NCBI GenBank assembly: GCA_036554355.1 | Contig: DATBNK010000066.1 | Location: 1 to 45,993, forward strand | Reading direction: 5' to 3' | DNA: 45,993 bases | Origin: Aquiluna sp. | GTDB taxonomy: Bacteria > Actinomycetota > Actinomycetes > Actinomycetales > Microbacteriaceae | Shown here: positions 28,031-37,988 of the stretch, one piece after another | Layout of the letters: each line of letters opens with the position of its first letter | Numbering within the stretch: position 1 is the stretch's first letter | Translations under genes and position numbers: made by a program | Notes under the pieces: generated by a model | What the model saw: only the letters and a program-made list of their open reading frames with translations | Told to the model about the DNA's origin: nothing | The model's database searches: none

Positions 28031-28548
28031 TGGCTAGAAACCAATCAGACCTTGAGCGTCCACTAGTTCGCAGGCCACTGTTCCGCGTCCCCAACGTCTC
28101 GCAAGAAACCGTTGGCCGCATCTCAGAGCGCTTTGCTAGGGCAATGGGAACCGGTGCGTTCTTGATTGCAATGACTGTCTTCGTGGCCGTTTGGATTACC
28201 TGGAACACACTCGCACCGGTAGGGGGCCAGTTTGACCCAAGGGCGCTGAACTTCACCCTGCTCACGCTGATCTTGTCGCTGCAGGCCTCCTATGCAGCTC
28301 CTCTTATTCTTTTGGCCCAGAACCGACAAGACGACCGAGATCGAGTTAAGTTCGAACAGGACCGCCAGCGGGTGGAAAGAAGCCTTGCCGACACGGAATA
28401 CCTGGCTCGAGAGGTAGCAGCGCTGAGACTCGCGATCGAAGAGGTTGCCACCAAGGAGTTCGTTCGTGATGAGGTTCAGGGCGTTCTAGAAGAGATCCTT
28501 GAAGAGCTTCGCAGTCAGAAAAAACCGGCGAACAAGAAATCCAAATGA
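28030..28548 (+). CDS. DUF1003 family membrane protein
   Basis: ARAMGT, LLTLILSLQASYAAPLILLAQNRQ; TGATG coupling. Confidence 0.9.
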   Translation: MARNQSDLERPLVRRPLFRVPNVSQETVGRISERFARAMGTGAFLIAMTVFVAVWITWNTLAPVGGQFDPRALNFTLLTLILSLQASYAAPLILLAQNRQDDRDRVKFEQDRQRVERSLADTEYLAREVAALRLAIEEVATKEFVRDEVQGVLEEILEELRSQKKPANKKSK

Positions 28549-29648
28549 GCGAACTTGCCCTCAAGGCACTTAGTCGAGTAATCGACCCAGAGCTGCGCCA
28601 ACCCATCACAGAGCTTGGAATGGTTGGCGATCTCAAGGTGGATGGCGATTCCATCCACGCACAAATCAAACTTACGATTGTGGGCTGCCCCGCAGCCCAG
28701 TCCATCGAGCGCGATGTCAGAGGTGCTCTAGAGGCGCACTTCAAAACCGTCGAACTAGATATGACCACCATGACAAACGAGGAGCGCGATGCGCTGAAGG
28801 CAAAACTTCGTGGCAATAAGCCAATTCGTCACAACCCATTTGTTCAACCTGGAAACCTCACCAGGGTGATTTTTGTGGGTAGCGGCAAGGGCGGGGTTGG
28901 AAAATCAACCCTGACCGCAAACTTGGCAGTTGCCCTTGCGGCTCAGGGGCAAAAGGTTGGATTGATTGATGCCGATATCTTTGGCTACTCCATCCCCGGG
29001 CTACTCTCAATAACCACCGGCCCAACCAAGGTCGATGAGCTCATGCTCCCCCCAATCGCTCACGATGTCAGAGTGATTTCGATCGGCTTTTTTGTCAGCG
29101 ACAACAAGCCCGTAGCCTGGCGAGGACCCATGCTGCACCGCGCAGTCGAGCAGTTCTTAACCGACGTCTACTGGGGAGATCTGGATTTTTTGCTGGTTGA
29201 CCTACCGCCTGGAACCGGTGATGTTGCAATCAGCCTTGGGCAACTGCTCCCAGATGCCAAGTCGATTGTTGTGACAACGCCTCAGCACACCGCTGCCAAC
29301 GTCGCAGAGCGTTCCGGAGCAATTGGCCTGCAGACCGGCCAAGAGATTCTCGGAGTTATTGAGAACATGAGCTACCTGCCAACAAAAGGCGGCAAGGAGT
29401 TCATTTTTGGCGAGGGTGGCGGTCAGGCAGTTGCCGACCGATTGACAGAGATTTCTGGCAAGAAGGTCGAGCTTTTGGGGCAGCTGCCCCTTAGCTCAAA
29501 CCTTCGAAGCGAAGCGGATCTGGGAATTCCGATTGTGATTTCCAACCCCAGTGACCCTGCAGCTAGCGAGATCATCAGAATCGCGAAAGTGCTGGCAACT
29601 AACCCGAGAGGTTTGGCGGGGAAATCTTTGCCGCTAAATGTGAGTTAA
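28545..29648 (+). CDS. mrp: Mrp/NBP35 Fe-S cluster carrier ATPase
   Basis: VIDPEL (DUF59-like), GKGGVGKS, DADIFG, WRGPM, DLPPGTGD, ENMS. Confidence 0.93.
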   Translation: MSELALKALSRVIDPELRQPITELGMVGDLKVDGDSIHAQIKLTIVGCPAAQSIERDVRGALEAHFKTVELDMTTMTNEERDALKAKLRGNKPIRHNPFVQPGNLTRVIFVGSGKGGVGKSTLTANLAVALAAQGQKVGLIDADIFGYSIPGLLSITTGPTKVDELMLPPIAHDVRVISIGFFVSDNKPVAWRGPMLHRAVEQFLTDVYWGDLDFLLVDLPPGTGDVAISLGQLLPDAKSIVVTTPQHTAANVAERSGAIGLQTGQEILGVIENMSYLPTKGGKEFIFGEGGGQAVADRLTEISGKKVELLGQLPLSSNLRSEADLGIPIVISNPSDPAASEIIRIAKVLATNPRGLAGKSLPLNVS

Positions 29649-29655
29649 TAACCCC

Positions 29656-31131
29656 ATGGCAACCATTGACGTAATTGACCCGCTAACCGGCTCCAAGCTA
29701 CACGAAATCGAGTCTCACTCCGCAGCGGATGTCGCGCTGCGTTTCTTAGAGGCTTCTAAGGCACAGCGCAGTTGGGGCAGCACCGACCCCAAGACCCGAG
29801 CCAAGATTGCTGGCAAAATCGCAGATGCCCTCATTGCACGCCAAGAACAACTAATGGATGTTTTGCAGCGCGAGACCGGCAAAAGCCGAGCTCACGCCTT
29901 TGAAGAGGTCACTGGCGCCCTGGGAGCAATCTCCTACTATGCCAAAATCACCCCGAAGGCCATGCGTCGAAACAAGGTCAAGGCCGGCGTCCCCTTTTTA
30001 ATCTCTGCCTATGTCGAGCCAGCTCCGGTTGGCGTGGTGGGCATCATCACCCCCTGGAACTACCCGCTTGCGCTAACCATGATGGATGTCATTCCCGCAC
30101 TGATGGCGGGCAATGCAGTGGTCCAAAAGGCAGACAACCAAACTGCCCTGACGGTGCAAATGGCAAGAGAGATAGCAGTCAGCGCAGGCATCCCAAGCGA
30201 CGTTTGGACCGTGGTTCACGGTGATCCGGCGGAGGTTGGCAACGCAGTCACCGACAACGCTGACTACGTGGCGTTCACCGGATCAACACCGACCGGAAAG
30301 CTAGTGGCCCAAAGGGCTGCCAGCCGACTAATTGGCTACTCGCTCGAGCTCGGCGGTAAAAACCCCATGATCGTGCTCCCGGGAGCAGATTTGGAGAAGG
30401 CGGCCGAATCCGCAATCGGCGGAGCGTTTGGAAACTCTGGCCAGCTTTGCGTTTCGATTGAGCGACTCTATGTTCCAAACCACGCCATCGAGCAGTTTGA
30501 ATCGATCCTCAAGCGCAGGGTGGAAACTCTAACCCTGGGCTCTTCGAGCCAATTTGATTTTGACTTAGGTGCACTTTCCTCCTCAAACCAGCTGACCCGA
30601 GTAAGCGAGTTTGTCGAGCGAGCAATTGGCGAGGGCGCCAGGTTGGTAACAGGTGGCAAAGTGCTTAGCGAGATTGGGCCAAACTTCTATGCTCCGACGG
30701 TGCTAACCGATATTCCACTGGGAGCCGAGATCCTGCACAAAGAGGTGTTTGGTCCGGTGATCGCACTGGTCGGCTACGACTCGCTAGATGAGGCTGTGGA
30801 GCTTGCAAACGCCACTGAGTTTGGCCTAAACGCGGCCGTTTTTGGCGATCGCAAAAAGGGAATTGAGGTTGCCTCACGGCTGATGGCCGGTTCTGTGAAC
30901 GTCAACGAGGGCTATCGTGCCTCGATGGCCTCGATGGCCGCTCCAATGGGTGGCATGAAGCAATCCGGCATGGGTCGCAGATCGGGAGTGAACGGACTGT
31001 TGAGATTCACCGAGTCAAGAACCATTGGTGTTGCCAACGATTCTCCGATTGGGCTACCAACCAGGGCCAAGCAGTATCAAAAGATGGCTCCGCTGATGAC
31101 AAAGCTCGCAAGGTTTATGGGAAAGCTCTAG
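29656..31131 (+). CDS. Aldehyde dehydrogenase (succinate-semialdehyde dehydrogenase-like)
   Basis: ITPWNYP, FTGST, LELGGKN, GQLCVS, EVFGP, PMGGMKQSG. Confidence 0.9.
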   Translation: MATIDVIDPLTGSKLHEIESHSAADVALRFLEASKAQRSWGSTDPKTRAKIAGKIADALIARQEQLMDVLQRETGKSRAHAFEEVTGALGAISYYAKITPKAMRRNKVKAGVPFLISAYVEPAPVGVVGIITPWNYPLALTMMDVIPALMAGNAVVQKADNQTALTVQMAREIAVSAGIPSDVWTVVHGDPAEVGNAVTDNADYVAFTGSTPTGKLVAQRAASRLIGYSLELGGKNPMIVLPGADLEKAAESAIGGAFGNSGQLCVSIERLYVPNHAIEQFESILKRRVETLTLGSSSQFDFDLGALSSSNQLTRVSEFVERAIGEGARLVTGGKVLSEIGPNFYAPTVLTDIPLGAEILHKEVFGPVIALVGYDSLDEAVELANATEFGLNAAVFGDRKKGIEVASRLMAGSVNVNEGYRASMASMAAPMGGMKQSGMGRRSGVNGLLRFTESRTIGVANDSPIGLPTRAKQYQKMAPLMTKLARFMGKL

Positions 31132-31481
31132 GTAGCCTCAGGGTCAAATGGTGGGGTCTCCCCCAGTTCAAGCTGCTTCTGCGGGGGCTTAGCTCTGTTT
31201 AGCTTTTCGGCAGCGTTTGGATTGCGCTTTTCTTCCTGCAGCGCCTCGCGAACAATTCGCCTTGGGTCGTACTGCCGTGGATCAAGTTTCTTCCAGTCCA
31301 CGTCTTGGAAATCCTCGCCGAGCTCAGATTTGAGCTGCACCTGAGCGTTATCGAACATGCGCTTACCCTTGCGCACCCACTCGCCCAATTGCTTCGAGTA
31401 ATAGGGCAGTCGCTCTGGTCCAATGATTAGAACGGCAAGCAGCGCAAGAAGCAATAGTTTCTCTGCGCTAAGACCAAACAT
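31128..31481 (-). CDS. tatB: Twin-arginine translocase subunit TatB
   Basis: MFGLSAEKLL..IIGPERLP, DWKKLDPRQYDPRRI, PFDPEAT. Start moved to ATG 31481. Confidence 0.88.
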   Translation of the reverse strand: MFGLSAEKLLLLALLAVLIIGPERLPYYSKQLGEWVRKGKRMFDNAQVQLKSELGEDFQDVDWKKLDPRQYDPRRIVREALQEEKRNPNAAEKLNRAKPPQKQLELGETPPFDPEAT

Positions 31482-31547
31482 GTTAGAGAGTTTAGCTCGT
31501 TTGAATGCAGCTGTTTCACTCACTGCAGACCTAAGCTTTCCCTCAAG

Positions 31548-32177
31548 ATGATTGACAAAATTTCAAGCTGGAAATACGCCGAAGACTACGTGACCGAGCC
31601 GGAGGCAATCCAAGCTGCTCGCCGCAGCGCTGAGGAGCTTGGGGTTGAGACCGTGACTCCCGCTACTGGCAATCAACTTGCACTTTTAGCGCGGCTTGCA
31701 AAGGCAAAGAGCATCGTCGAGGTTGGAACCGGAGCCGGTGTCTCCGGGCTCTGGTTGCTATCGGCAAGTGAGGACAGCGTCCTGACGACAATTGACGATG
31801 AGCCCGAGTATCAAAACGTTGCCAAAGAGAACTTCAAGGCCGCCGGGATTACCCCTTCAAGAATCCGAGTGATCGCAGGACGAGGCTCCGCAGTGATGGG
31901 CAACATGGCCGAGTCTGGCTACGATCTGGTTTTCCTCGACGCCGACCCCGAGGGCCTGGAATCGATGCTTGGTTCTGCCGTGGCCCTGGCAAAACCGGGT
32001 GGTGCGATTCTGATTTCCCATGCGCTTTGGAGAGATCGGGTGCCAAACCCAGCGCTTCGAGATGATGAAACCGCTGCCTATCGGCAGGCGATTAGAAACT
32101 TTGGCGACAGCGAGGGCTTTATAGCTTCGCTGTCGATGGTTGGAGATGGCCTGTTGCTGGTTGTAAAGACCGACTAG
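31548..32177 (+). CDS. SAM-dependent O-methyltransferase (Rv1220c-like)
   Basis: VEVGTGAGVSG, YDLVFLDAD, GDGLL. Confidence 0.9.
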   Translation: MIDKISSWKYAEDYVTEPEAIQAARRSAEELGVETVTPATGNQLALLARLAKAKSIVEVGTGAGVSGLWLLSASEDSVLTTIDDEPEYQNVAKENFKAAGITPSRIRVIAGRGSAVMGNMAESGYDLVFLDADPEGLESMLGSAVALAKPGGAILISHALWRDRVPNPALRDDETAAYRQAIRNFGDSEGFIASLSMVGDGLLLVVKTD

Positions 32178-32351
32178 TTATTTCTTGATAACGCCTTCAA
32201 GAACCTTGTGAAGCTCTTTGGCCTCGGTCTCATTTACAGAGACGACTAGGCGACCGCCGCCTTCGAGTGGAACACGAAGAACGATAAGGCCACGTGGTTC
32301 GCGTTCTGCCTCCATTGGTCCATCACCGGTGCGAGGCTTCATTGCTGCCAT
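32178..32351 (-). CDS. DUF3117 family protein (57 aa; absent from the ORF track)
   Basis: Hand translation MAAMKPRTGDGPMEAEREPRGLIVLRVPLEGGGRLVVSVNETEAKELHKVLEGVIKK; SD AGGAG. Confidence 0.92.
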   Translation of the reverse strand: MAAMKPRTGDGPMEAEREPRGLIVLRVPLEGGGRLVVSVNETEAKELHKVLEGVIKK

Positions 32352-32420
32352 GAGTCTTGACTCCTAGAGATTTGGGCAAAGCACAATTATTCCAGAAATC
32401 TCGGGCAATAGCCAACCCGA

Positions 32421-33491
32421 TTAGTTGCTAAGCCAGCCTTTTAGGCCTTCATAGCAGTCGTGAATCTGCCCCACGGGAACATTTTCGTTGTCTGCGTGTG
32501 CCAAAGATGGGTCGCCGGGACCATAGTTCACGGCTGGTATTCCAAGTGAAGAGAACCTTGCGACATCGGTCCAGCCATACTTTGGGTTCACACTTGCGCC
32601 CGTGGCATTGATAAATGCCTCCGCTAGTTCAGTGTTCAACCCAGGCCTTGCCCCCTCGGCGGCATCGACCACTTCGATCTCGTAGCCTTCAAACCACTCC
32701 CGCAGCAACTGCTCCGCCTTGCTCGCGGACTTGTCTGGAGCAAAGCGGTAGTTGATCATCAGGGTTGCAGCATCTGGGATCACATTGGTCGCGATCCCGG
32801 CATTCGCCATCACCGCGTTCAGGCTCTCTTTGTAGTCAAGGCCATCGACATTCACCACCGCTGGTTCGTAATCCTTTAGCAGCTGCAGCGCTGGCAGTAG
32901 CTCGTGGATGGCGTTTTGCCCCATCCACGGCCTTGCCGAGTGAGCCTTCTTGCCAGTTGCCTTGAGTTCGATTCGGATGGTGCCATTGCAGCCACCCTCG
33001 ACCATTGCGCTGGTCGGCTCACACAGCACCGCAAAGCTCCCCTGGAGCAGTTCTGGGCTGTTTCTAGAGAGCCTCCCGAGCCCATTCAGATGGGAGTCGA
33101 CCTCTTCGTTGTCATAGAAGATCCAGCTCACATCCACAATCGGATTGGTTATTTCGACTGCCAGCTTCAGCATTAGCGCAACCCCGGCCTTCATGTCCAC
33201 GGTGCCGCGGCCAAAGATGACCTGCTCGCGCTCAAAGTGGTGCAGCTCAGTAGGCAGGTTATCTGCAACCGGCACGGTGTCGATGTGACCGGCAATCAAC
33301 ACTCGGTCTAGGCCCTGGTTGGTGCTGGCAACGATCGCGTTGCCATCCCTAGTCACACTCAGGTGAATGCAGGAATTAAGCACCGCTTCGATTTCATCGG
33401 CCAGCTTTGCTTCGTTTCCAGAGACCGACTCGATATCGCAAATAGCCATGGTGAGTTCGGTGAGTGTTGCGCTGGTATCCAAAGCTGCCAT
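32421..33491 (-). CDS. dapE: Succinyl-diaminopimelate desuccinylase
   Basis: [39 protein letters not shown]; divergent from dapD. Confidence 0.94.
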   Translation of the reverse strand: MAALDTSATLTELTMAICDIESVSGNEAKLADEIEAVLNSCIHLSVTRDGNAIVASTNQGLDRVLIAGHIDTVPVADNLPTELHHFEREQVIFGRGTVDMKAGVALMLKLAVEITNPIVDVSWIFYDNEEVDSHLNGLGRLSRNSPELLQGSFAVLCEPTSAMVEGGCNGTIRIELKATGKKAHSARPWMGQNAIHELLPALQLLKDYEPAVVNVDGLDYKESLNAVMANAGIATNVIPDAATLMINYRFAPDKSASKAEQLLREWFEGYEIEVVDAAEGARPGLNTELAEAFINATGASVNPKYGWTDVARFSSLGIPAVNYGPGDPSLAHADNENVPVGQIHDCYEGLKGWLSN

Positions 33492-33522
33492 AGCAAAAAA
33501 GGCTACCTGTATTCTTGGGGGC

Positions 33523-34470
33523 GTGAGTGCGGAAAACAGTAATCAGGCCTGGGGGCACGGTCTTGCCACCATTTCAAGCGATGGCAGCGTGCTGGATGTC
33601 TATTACCCCAGTCCTGAACTAGGCCCCGCACCAAAGTCAGACCTCCAGTGGTTCCCACCAAGGGAGCTGGACGAGAAGGCGGGGCGTGATGAACTGCGCA
33701 ATGTCAAAACCGAGGTTGTGAGATGCGAAATCGACCTTGGCTCCGAGGTTTCCTCCACTCAAGACGCGTATCTCAGGCTCCACCTGCTTTCACACCTTTT
33801 GGTTCAGCCAAACCAGCTAAACCTCGATGGTTTGATCCCAAACCTGCCGATCGTTGCTTTCACCAACAAGGGAGTTATGGCACTGGACGAGTTTGAATCC
33901 AGGGCCTTTGAACTTCGCACTGCTGGCGTGGTGGCTCACTCAATAGACAAGTTCCCCAGGCTGATTGACTACGTGGTTCCCAAAAAGGTTCGCATTGCAG
34001 ATGGAAATCGCGTGCGGCTTGGCGCCCACCTCGCACCCGGCACCACGGTCATGCACGAGGGCTTTGTGAACTTCAACGCAGGCACTTTGGGGGCATCAAT
34101 GGTGGAGGGCCGCATCTCACAGGGAGTCACAGTGGGCGATGGCTCCGACATCGGTGGTGGCGCTTCAATCATGGGTACCCTTTCGGGTGGCGGAAAGCAC
34201 AAGGTTTCAATCGGCAAGCGCTCGCTGCTTGGAGCTAACTCCGGAATCGGCATCTCAATTGGCGATGATTGCATAGTCGAAGCAGGGCTTTACCTAACCG
34301 GCGGTAGCAAGCTAACCCTGATTGTTGAGGGCAAGACCCAGGTGGTAAAGGCCAGCGAGCTAAGCGGTCTAAGCAAAATGCTGTTTCGCCGAAACTCACT
34401 AACTGGTGGCATTGAGGCGATTGCTCGCGAGGGTGTCGGGGTTGAACTCAACTCCGATCTACACGCCTAG
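33523..34470 (+). CDS. dapD: Tetrahydrodipicolinate N-succinyltransferase
   Basis: [41 protein letters not shown]. Start moved to GTG 33523. Confidence 0.94.
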   Translation: MSAENSNQAWGHGLATISSDGSVLDVYYPSPELGPAPKSDLQWFPPRELDEKAGRDELRNVKTEVVRCEIDLGSEVSSTQDAYLRLHLLSHLLVQPNQLNLDGLIPNLPIVAFTNKGVMALDEFESRAFELRTAGVVAHSIDKFPRLIDYVVPKKVRIADGNRVRLGAHLAPGTTVMHEGFVNFNAGTLGASMVEGRISQGVTVGDGSDIGGGASIMGTLSGGGKHKVSIGKRSLLGANSGIGISIGDDCIVEAGLYLTGGSKLTLIVEGKTQVVKASELSGLSKMLFRRNSLTGGIEAIAREGVGVELNSDLHA

Positions 34471-35459
34471 GAACTAACCGAGTCCCATCCCTTTATTTCA
34501 AGAGGCTTGCCATCTAAAAGCACGACAGCCTCTTTTGCCGCAACCACTTCACCAACCGCCTTGAACCCTCTTGGTAACACGAAGTCCTGCGGGAAGGTGG
34601 TCAAAAAGCTGTGATCCTCTCCGCCATAGAGCACCCAGTCCACTTCGCTGACCTGGGCGCTGCCGCGAGAGTTAATCGACTGAGCGGCCAATTCGAGAAC
34701 GGCCTGATAACCAAAGAGCTTGCTGGAGTGAAGATCAATCCCAACTTTGGAGGCCTGTGCCATTCGATTGGCATCGAGCGCCAAAGAATCAGAAACGTCC
34801 ATCATTGCGGTGGCGTGCTGGGCAACACTCAGAGCCAGCTCGATAGGGGGTGTGGGTCTGAGCTGAACATCAACCAATTCGGGATAGCTAGCGGCAAGCG
34901 TTTTATCCTCATGCATCAGTAGTGCCAATCCGGCCGCTGCTTTGCCCAGGGTGCCACCAATTGCCACCTGGTCGCCAACCTTCGCACCTGAACGCAATAC
35001 GGGCTCTGCCAGCAACTCACCATGCGCAGCAACTGCAATCACAATCTGGTTGCCCGCCGCCAAATCTCCCCCGACTATCTCAGCGGTTGGCGCTAACTCA
35101 TCAAGCCCAGCCTGCAGACCGCGAGCAAAATCCTCCAGCCAGGCCTGAGTGGTATCTCTGGTGACAACCATCGCAACTGTTAGCGCAATTGGTTTAGCGC
35201 CCATTGCAGCAACATCAGCGATGTTGCTGGCGACGGCCTTGAATCCAAGGTCGTAGCCGGTGGAGAAATCGAGCCTGAAATCGTGATCTTGAACTAACGT
35301 GTCGGTCGTGACTACAAACCTTGGGTCACCAAGGGCGATCACGGCTGCATCATCTCCGGAACCAACCAGGGTCGATTCAACCGGCTTGAAAACCCCAAGC
35401 GCTTGTTTTAGCGCCTGATTCTCACCAAGCTCGAAGATAGTTGGGCCCGTATATTTCAC
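34467..35459 (-). CDS. thiL: Thiamine-monophosphate kinase
   Basis: [38 protein letters not shown]. Confidence 0.94.
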   Translation of the reverse strand: MKYTGPTIFELGENQALKQALGVFKPVESTLVGSGDDAAVIALGDPRFVVTTDTLVQDHDFRLDFSTGYDLGFKAVASNIADVAAMGAKPIALTVAMVVTRDTTQAWLEDFARGLQAGLDELAPTAEIVGGDLAAGNQIVIAVAAHGELLAEPVLRSGAKVGDQVAIGGTLGKAAAGLALLMHEDKTLAASYPELVDVQLRPTPPIELALSVAQHATAMMDVSDSLALDANRMAQASKVGIDLHSSKLFGYQAVLELAAQSINSRGSAQVSEVDWVLYGGEDHSFLTTFPQDFVLPRGFKAVGEVVAAKEAVVLLDGKPLEIKGWDSVSS

Positions 35460-35482
35460 CTCACAACGCTAGCCTTAAACGG

Positions 35483-35926
35483 ATGCGTAAATTGACCCTG
35501 ATTCCAGTTTTGTTTTTACTTAGCGGCTGCGCCGCCACCGTGAACATTGAGGCAGCTCAGGATGCCAATGATCCGCTGTGTGCAGAGGTCTCGGTGCGCT
35601 ACCCAGACCAAATTGGGGATTTAGCGCAGCGTTGGACCAACGCTCAGGCCACCACCGCCTATGGAGACCCGGCAGCGGTTTTGGTGCGCTGTGGCCTCGA
35701 GCCCGTCTATGCCTCAACCCTGCCGTGTGTGAGTGCTAGCAATGTGGACTGGTTGGTTGATGATTCCAATGCGCCAAACTTCAGGTTTATCACCTTTGCC
35801 CGTTCACCTGCAGTCGAGGTCATCGTGGACTCGGAGAGTGCCAGCGGCATCTCGGCACTCGACTCACTTGCCCAGGCGGTAAGCAAACTGGAGCCGAGCG
35901 CCTTCTGCAGCGAAATTACGAACTAG
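35483..35926 (+). CDS. DUF3515 family lipoprotein
   Basis: Lipobox LSGC; AYGDPAAVLVRCG, VDW, RSPAVEV. Start moved to ATG 35483. Confidence 0.85.
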   Translation: MRKLTLIPVLFLLSGCAATVNIEAAQDANDPLCAEVSVRYPDQIGDLAQRWTNAQATTAYGDPAAVLVRCGLEPVYASTLPCVSASNVDWLVDDSNAPNFRFITFARSPAVEVIVDSESASGISALDSLAQAVSKLEPSAFCSEITN

Positions 35927-36987
35927 CGCGGATCTGAACCAAAACTGAGTCCGGTTTGAATCAGGTGCTCTATTAGCGTTGGGTAGGAAATGCCAGAAGC
36001 TCCCCAAAGTGCCGGATACATAGAAATCGGCGTGAACCCAGGCATCGTGTTCACCTCGGTGATCACAAAGCCGTCCTTGGTTAGGAAAAAGTCTGTCCTT
36101 GCTAACCCTTGGCAACCCAGAGCCTCAAAGGCTCTGGTGGCAAGGTTTTGCATCTCACTGAGTTCTTCTTTGGTTAGATCCGTGGGGACCCTGAGCTCTG
36201 CAGAGCCATCAAGGTACTTGGCCTCGTAGTCGTAAAACTCACGCCCAGAGACGATAATCTCGCCAGCCATGGAAACCACGATCTCGCCGGTCTTTTTTTC
36301 CAGCACCGAGCACTCAACCTCGCGGCCCAAAATTCGCTCTTCGACCAAGCAGGTGTGGTCATAGCTCAAGGCCAACTCAATGGCGATTTTGAGATCCTGC
36401 TCCGATTTCGCAAGGCTCACCCCAACAGAGGAGCCGGATCTAGATGGCTTCACAAAGCAGTCTGGGCTGAGCATGGTCTTGGCTTTTTCTAGCTGCGCAG
36501 CTGGATCGAGTATGTAATTAGCTCTTGTGATGCGAACGTCTTTGGCAACGCTTAGCCCAGCGTTGCTAAGCACCGCCTTGGCCCTGGCCTTATCCATCGC
36601 GAGCGCCGATGCCATCACGCCGTTACCGACATAGGGAATGTGACACAGCTGCATCAGACCCTGAACAGAGCCATCTTCACCGTTTGGACCGTGCAGGACG
36701 GGAAAGACCAAATCGATCTTGCCCAGGGAAATACCCGATGCCATTCGAAGCTCTCCCCCACCGACCGGCCATATCAGCTCGGGGGCGTCCTCTGGGACCT
36801 CGGGTGATACCGCCAGTTGCCACTCGGAGTCGATCGGACTCAGCACAAACCTGCCGGTTTTAGTGATGCCAACTTCGATCACTTCGTAGCTGTCGTTGTC
36901 GATTGCTCGTCTTACTCCAAGCGCCGAAACGCAAGAGACCGAGTGCTCCTCAGACTCTCCGCCATAAAGCAGTGCGATTCGTAGCAT
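35923..36987 (-). CDS. ddl: D-alanine--D-alanine ligase
   Basis: GGESEEHSVS, LHGPNGEDG, GSSVG, FYDYEAKY, EVNTMPGFT. Confidence 0.95.
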   Translation of the reverse strand: MLRIALLYGGESEEHSVSCVSALGVRRAIDNDSYEVIEVGITKTGRFVLSPIDSEWQLAVSPEVPEDAPELIWPVGGGELRMASGISLGKIDLVFPVLHGPNGEDGSVQGLMQLCHIPYVGNGVMASALAMDKARAKAVLSNAGLSVAKDVRITRANYILDPAAQLEKAKTMLSPDCFVKPSRSGSSVGVSLAKSEQDLKIAIELALSYDHTCLVEERILGREVECSVLEKKTGEIVVSMAGEIIVSGREFYDYEAKYLDGSAELRVPTDLTKEELSEMQNLATRAFEALGCQGLARTDFFLTKDGFVITEVNTMPGFTPISMYPALWGASGISYPTLIEHLIQTGLSFGSDPR

Positions 36988-37988
36988 CAGAACTCCATCT
37001 CAACATCGTCGGCGAGATTTAGCTGACGGCCAAACTCCTTAGGGTTCATCTTCCCCTCGAGAACATCTTTCACCTGGGTCACAATCGGCATGTCTATTTC
37101 CAACCGTCCGGCGATCTGCAACACCGGCTCCACGGAGCTAAGTCCCTCTGCGGTCTGCTTCATGCGTCTTAGGACCTCCAGCTTGGAATAACCCTTGCCC
37201 AGCATCTCACCGGCCCTAAAGTTTCGCGAGAGCGAGGATTCCGAGGTTGCGATCAGATCACCGAGTCCTGCCAGGCCAAACATGGTCCTTCGCCTGGCCC
37301 CGTGGGCAATGGCGAAGGCGGTGATCTCGCTAAGTCCTCGAGTCATAATCGAGGCCTTGGTGTTTTGGCCATACCCCAAACCATTCACGATGCCGATTGC
37401 CACTGCAATCAGGTTCTTGAGCACACCTCCCAGCTCGGTGCCAATCATGTCCTGGTTGGTAAAGACCGTGAAGTAATCACTTGATGAGACTCTGGCTACC
37501 TCGGTGGTGCGCTCCGCGCTCTCACCCGCACAAACAGCAGCAGCCGGTTCCTTTTTGGCGATTTCAAGAGCCAGGTTGGGGCCAGAGATGACTGCAACCT
37601 GCTCGAGGTCACACCCCAACACCTCAACGATTACCTCGCTCATTCGAAGACCGGTTCCAAGCTCGAGGCCCTTCATCAAAGAAATCAAGGTGGCGTCTTT
37701 GGGAATCAGCGGCTTCCACAGTGCAAGCGACTCTCTTAGCGATTGCGATGGAATCGCAATAAAAATCTGTTTGGCGCCCTCAAGGGCAACCTCGATGTCT
37801 GAGGTTGGGGTGAGGGCGGCAGGAAGATCAATACCGGGCAGATACTCACCGTTGCGACCGGTCTGAGCAATCTCCTGGGCAAGGTCAAGACGCCTTGACC
37901 ACAGCGTCACCTCGTTGCCGCCATCGGCAATCACCTTGGCGATTGTGGTGCCCCAACTCCCGGCCCCTAAAACAACTATCTCGCTCAA
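36987..37988 (-). CDS. gpsA: NAD(P)H-dependent glycerol-3-phosphate dehydrogenase
   Basis: GAGSWGT, KGLE, SGPNLA, LKN, GLAGLGDL, SRN. Confidence 0.95.
   Translation of the reverse strand: MSEIVVLGAGSWGTTIAKVIADGGNEVTLWSRRLDLAQEIAQTGRNGEYLPGIDLPAALTPTSDIEVALEGAKQIFIAIPSQSLRESLALWKPLIPKDATLISLMKGLELGTGLRMSEVIVEVLGCDLEQVAVISGPNLALEIAKKEPAAAVCAGESAERTTEVARVSSSDYFTVFTNQDMIGTELGGVLKNLIAVAIGIVNGLGYGQNTKASIMTRGLSEITAFAIAHGARRRTMFGLAGLGDLIATSESSLSRNFRAGEMLGKGYSKLEVLRRMKQTAEGLSSVEPVLQIAGRLEIDMPIVTQVKDVLEGKMNPKEFGRQLNLADDVEMEF

Noticed and set aside
30919-30939. Tandem 9-bp repeat GCCTCGATG
   Set aside because: In-frame coding (ASMASMA) within the aldehyde dehydrogenase; too short to be meaningful.
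32367-32405. GAGATTT...AAATCTC inverted repeat, and a 10-mer shared with 43391-43400
   Set aside because: Weak stem with long loop and no U-tract; a single 10-mer match is plausible by chance.
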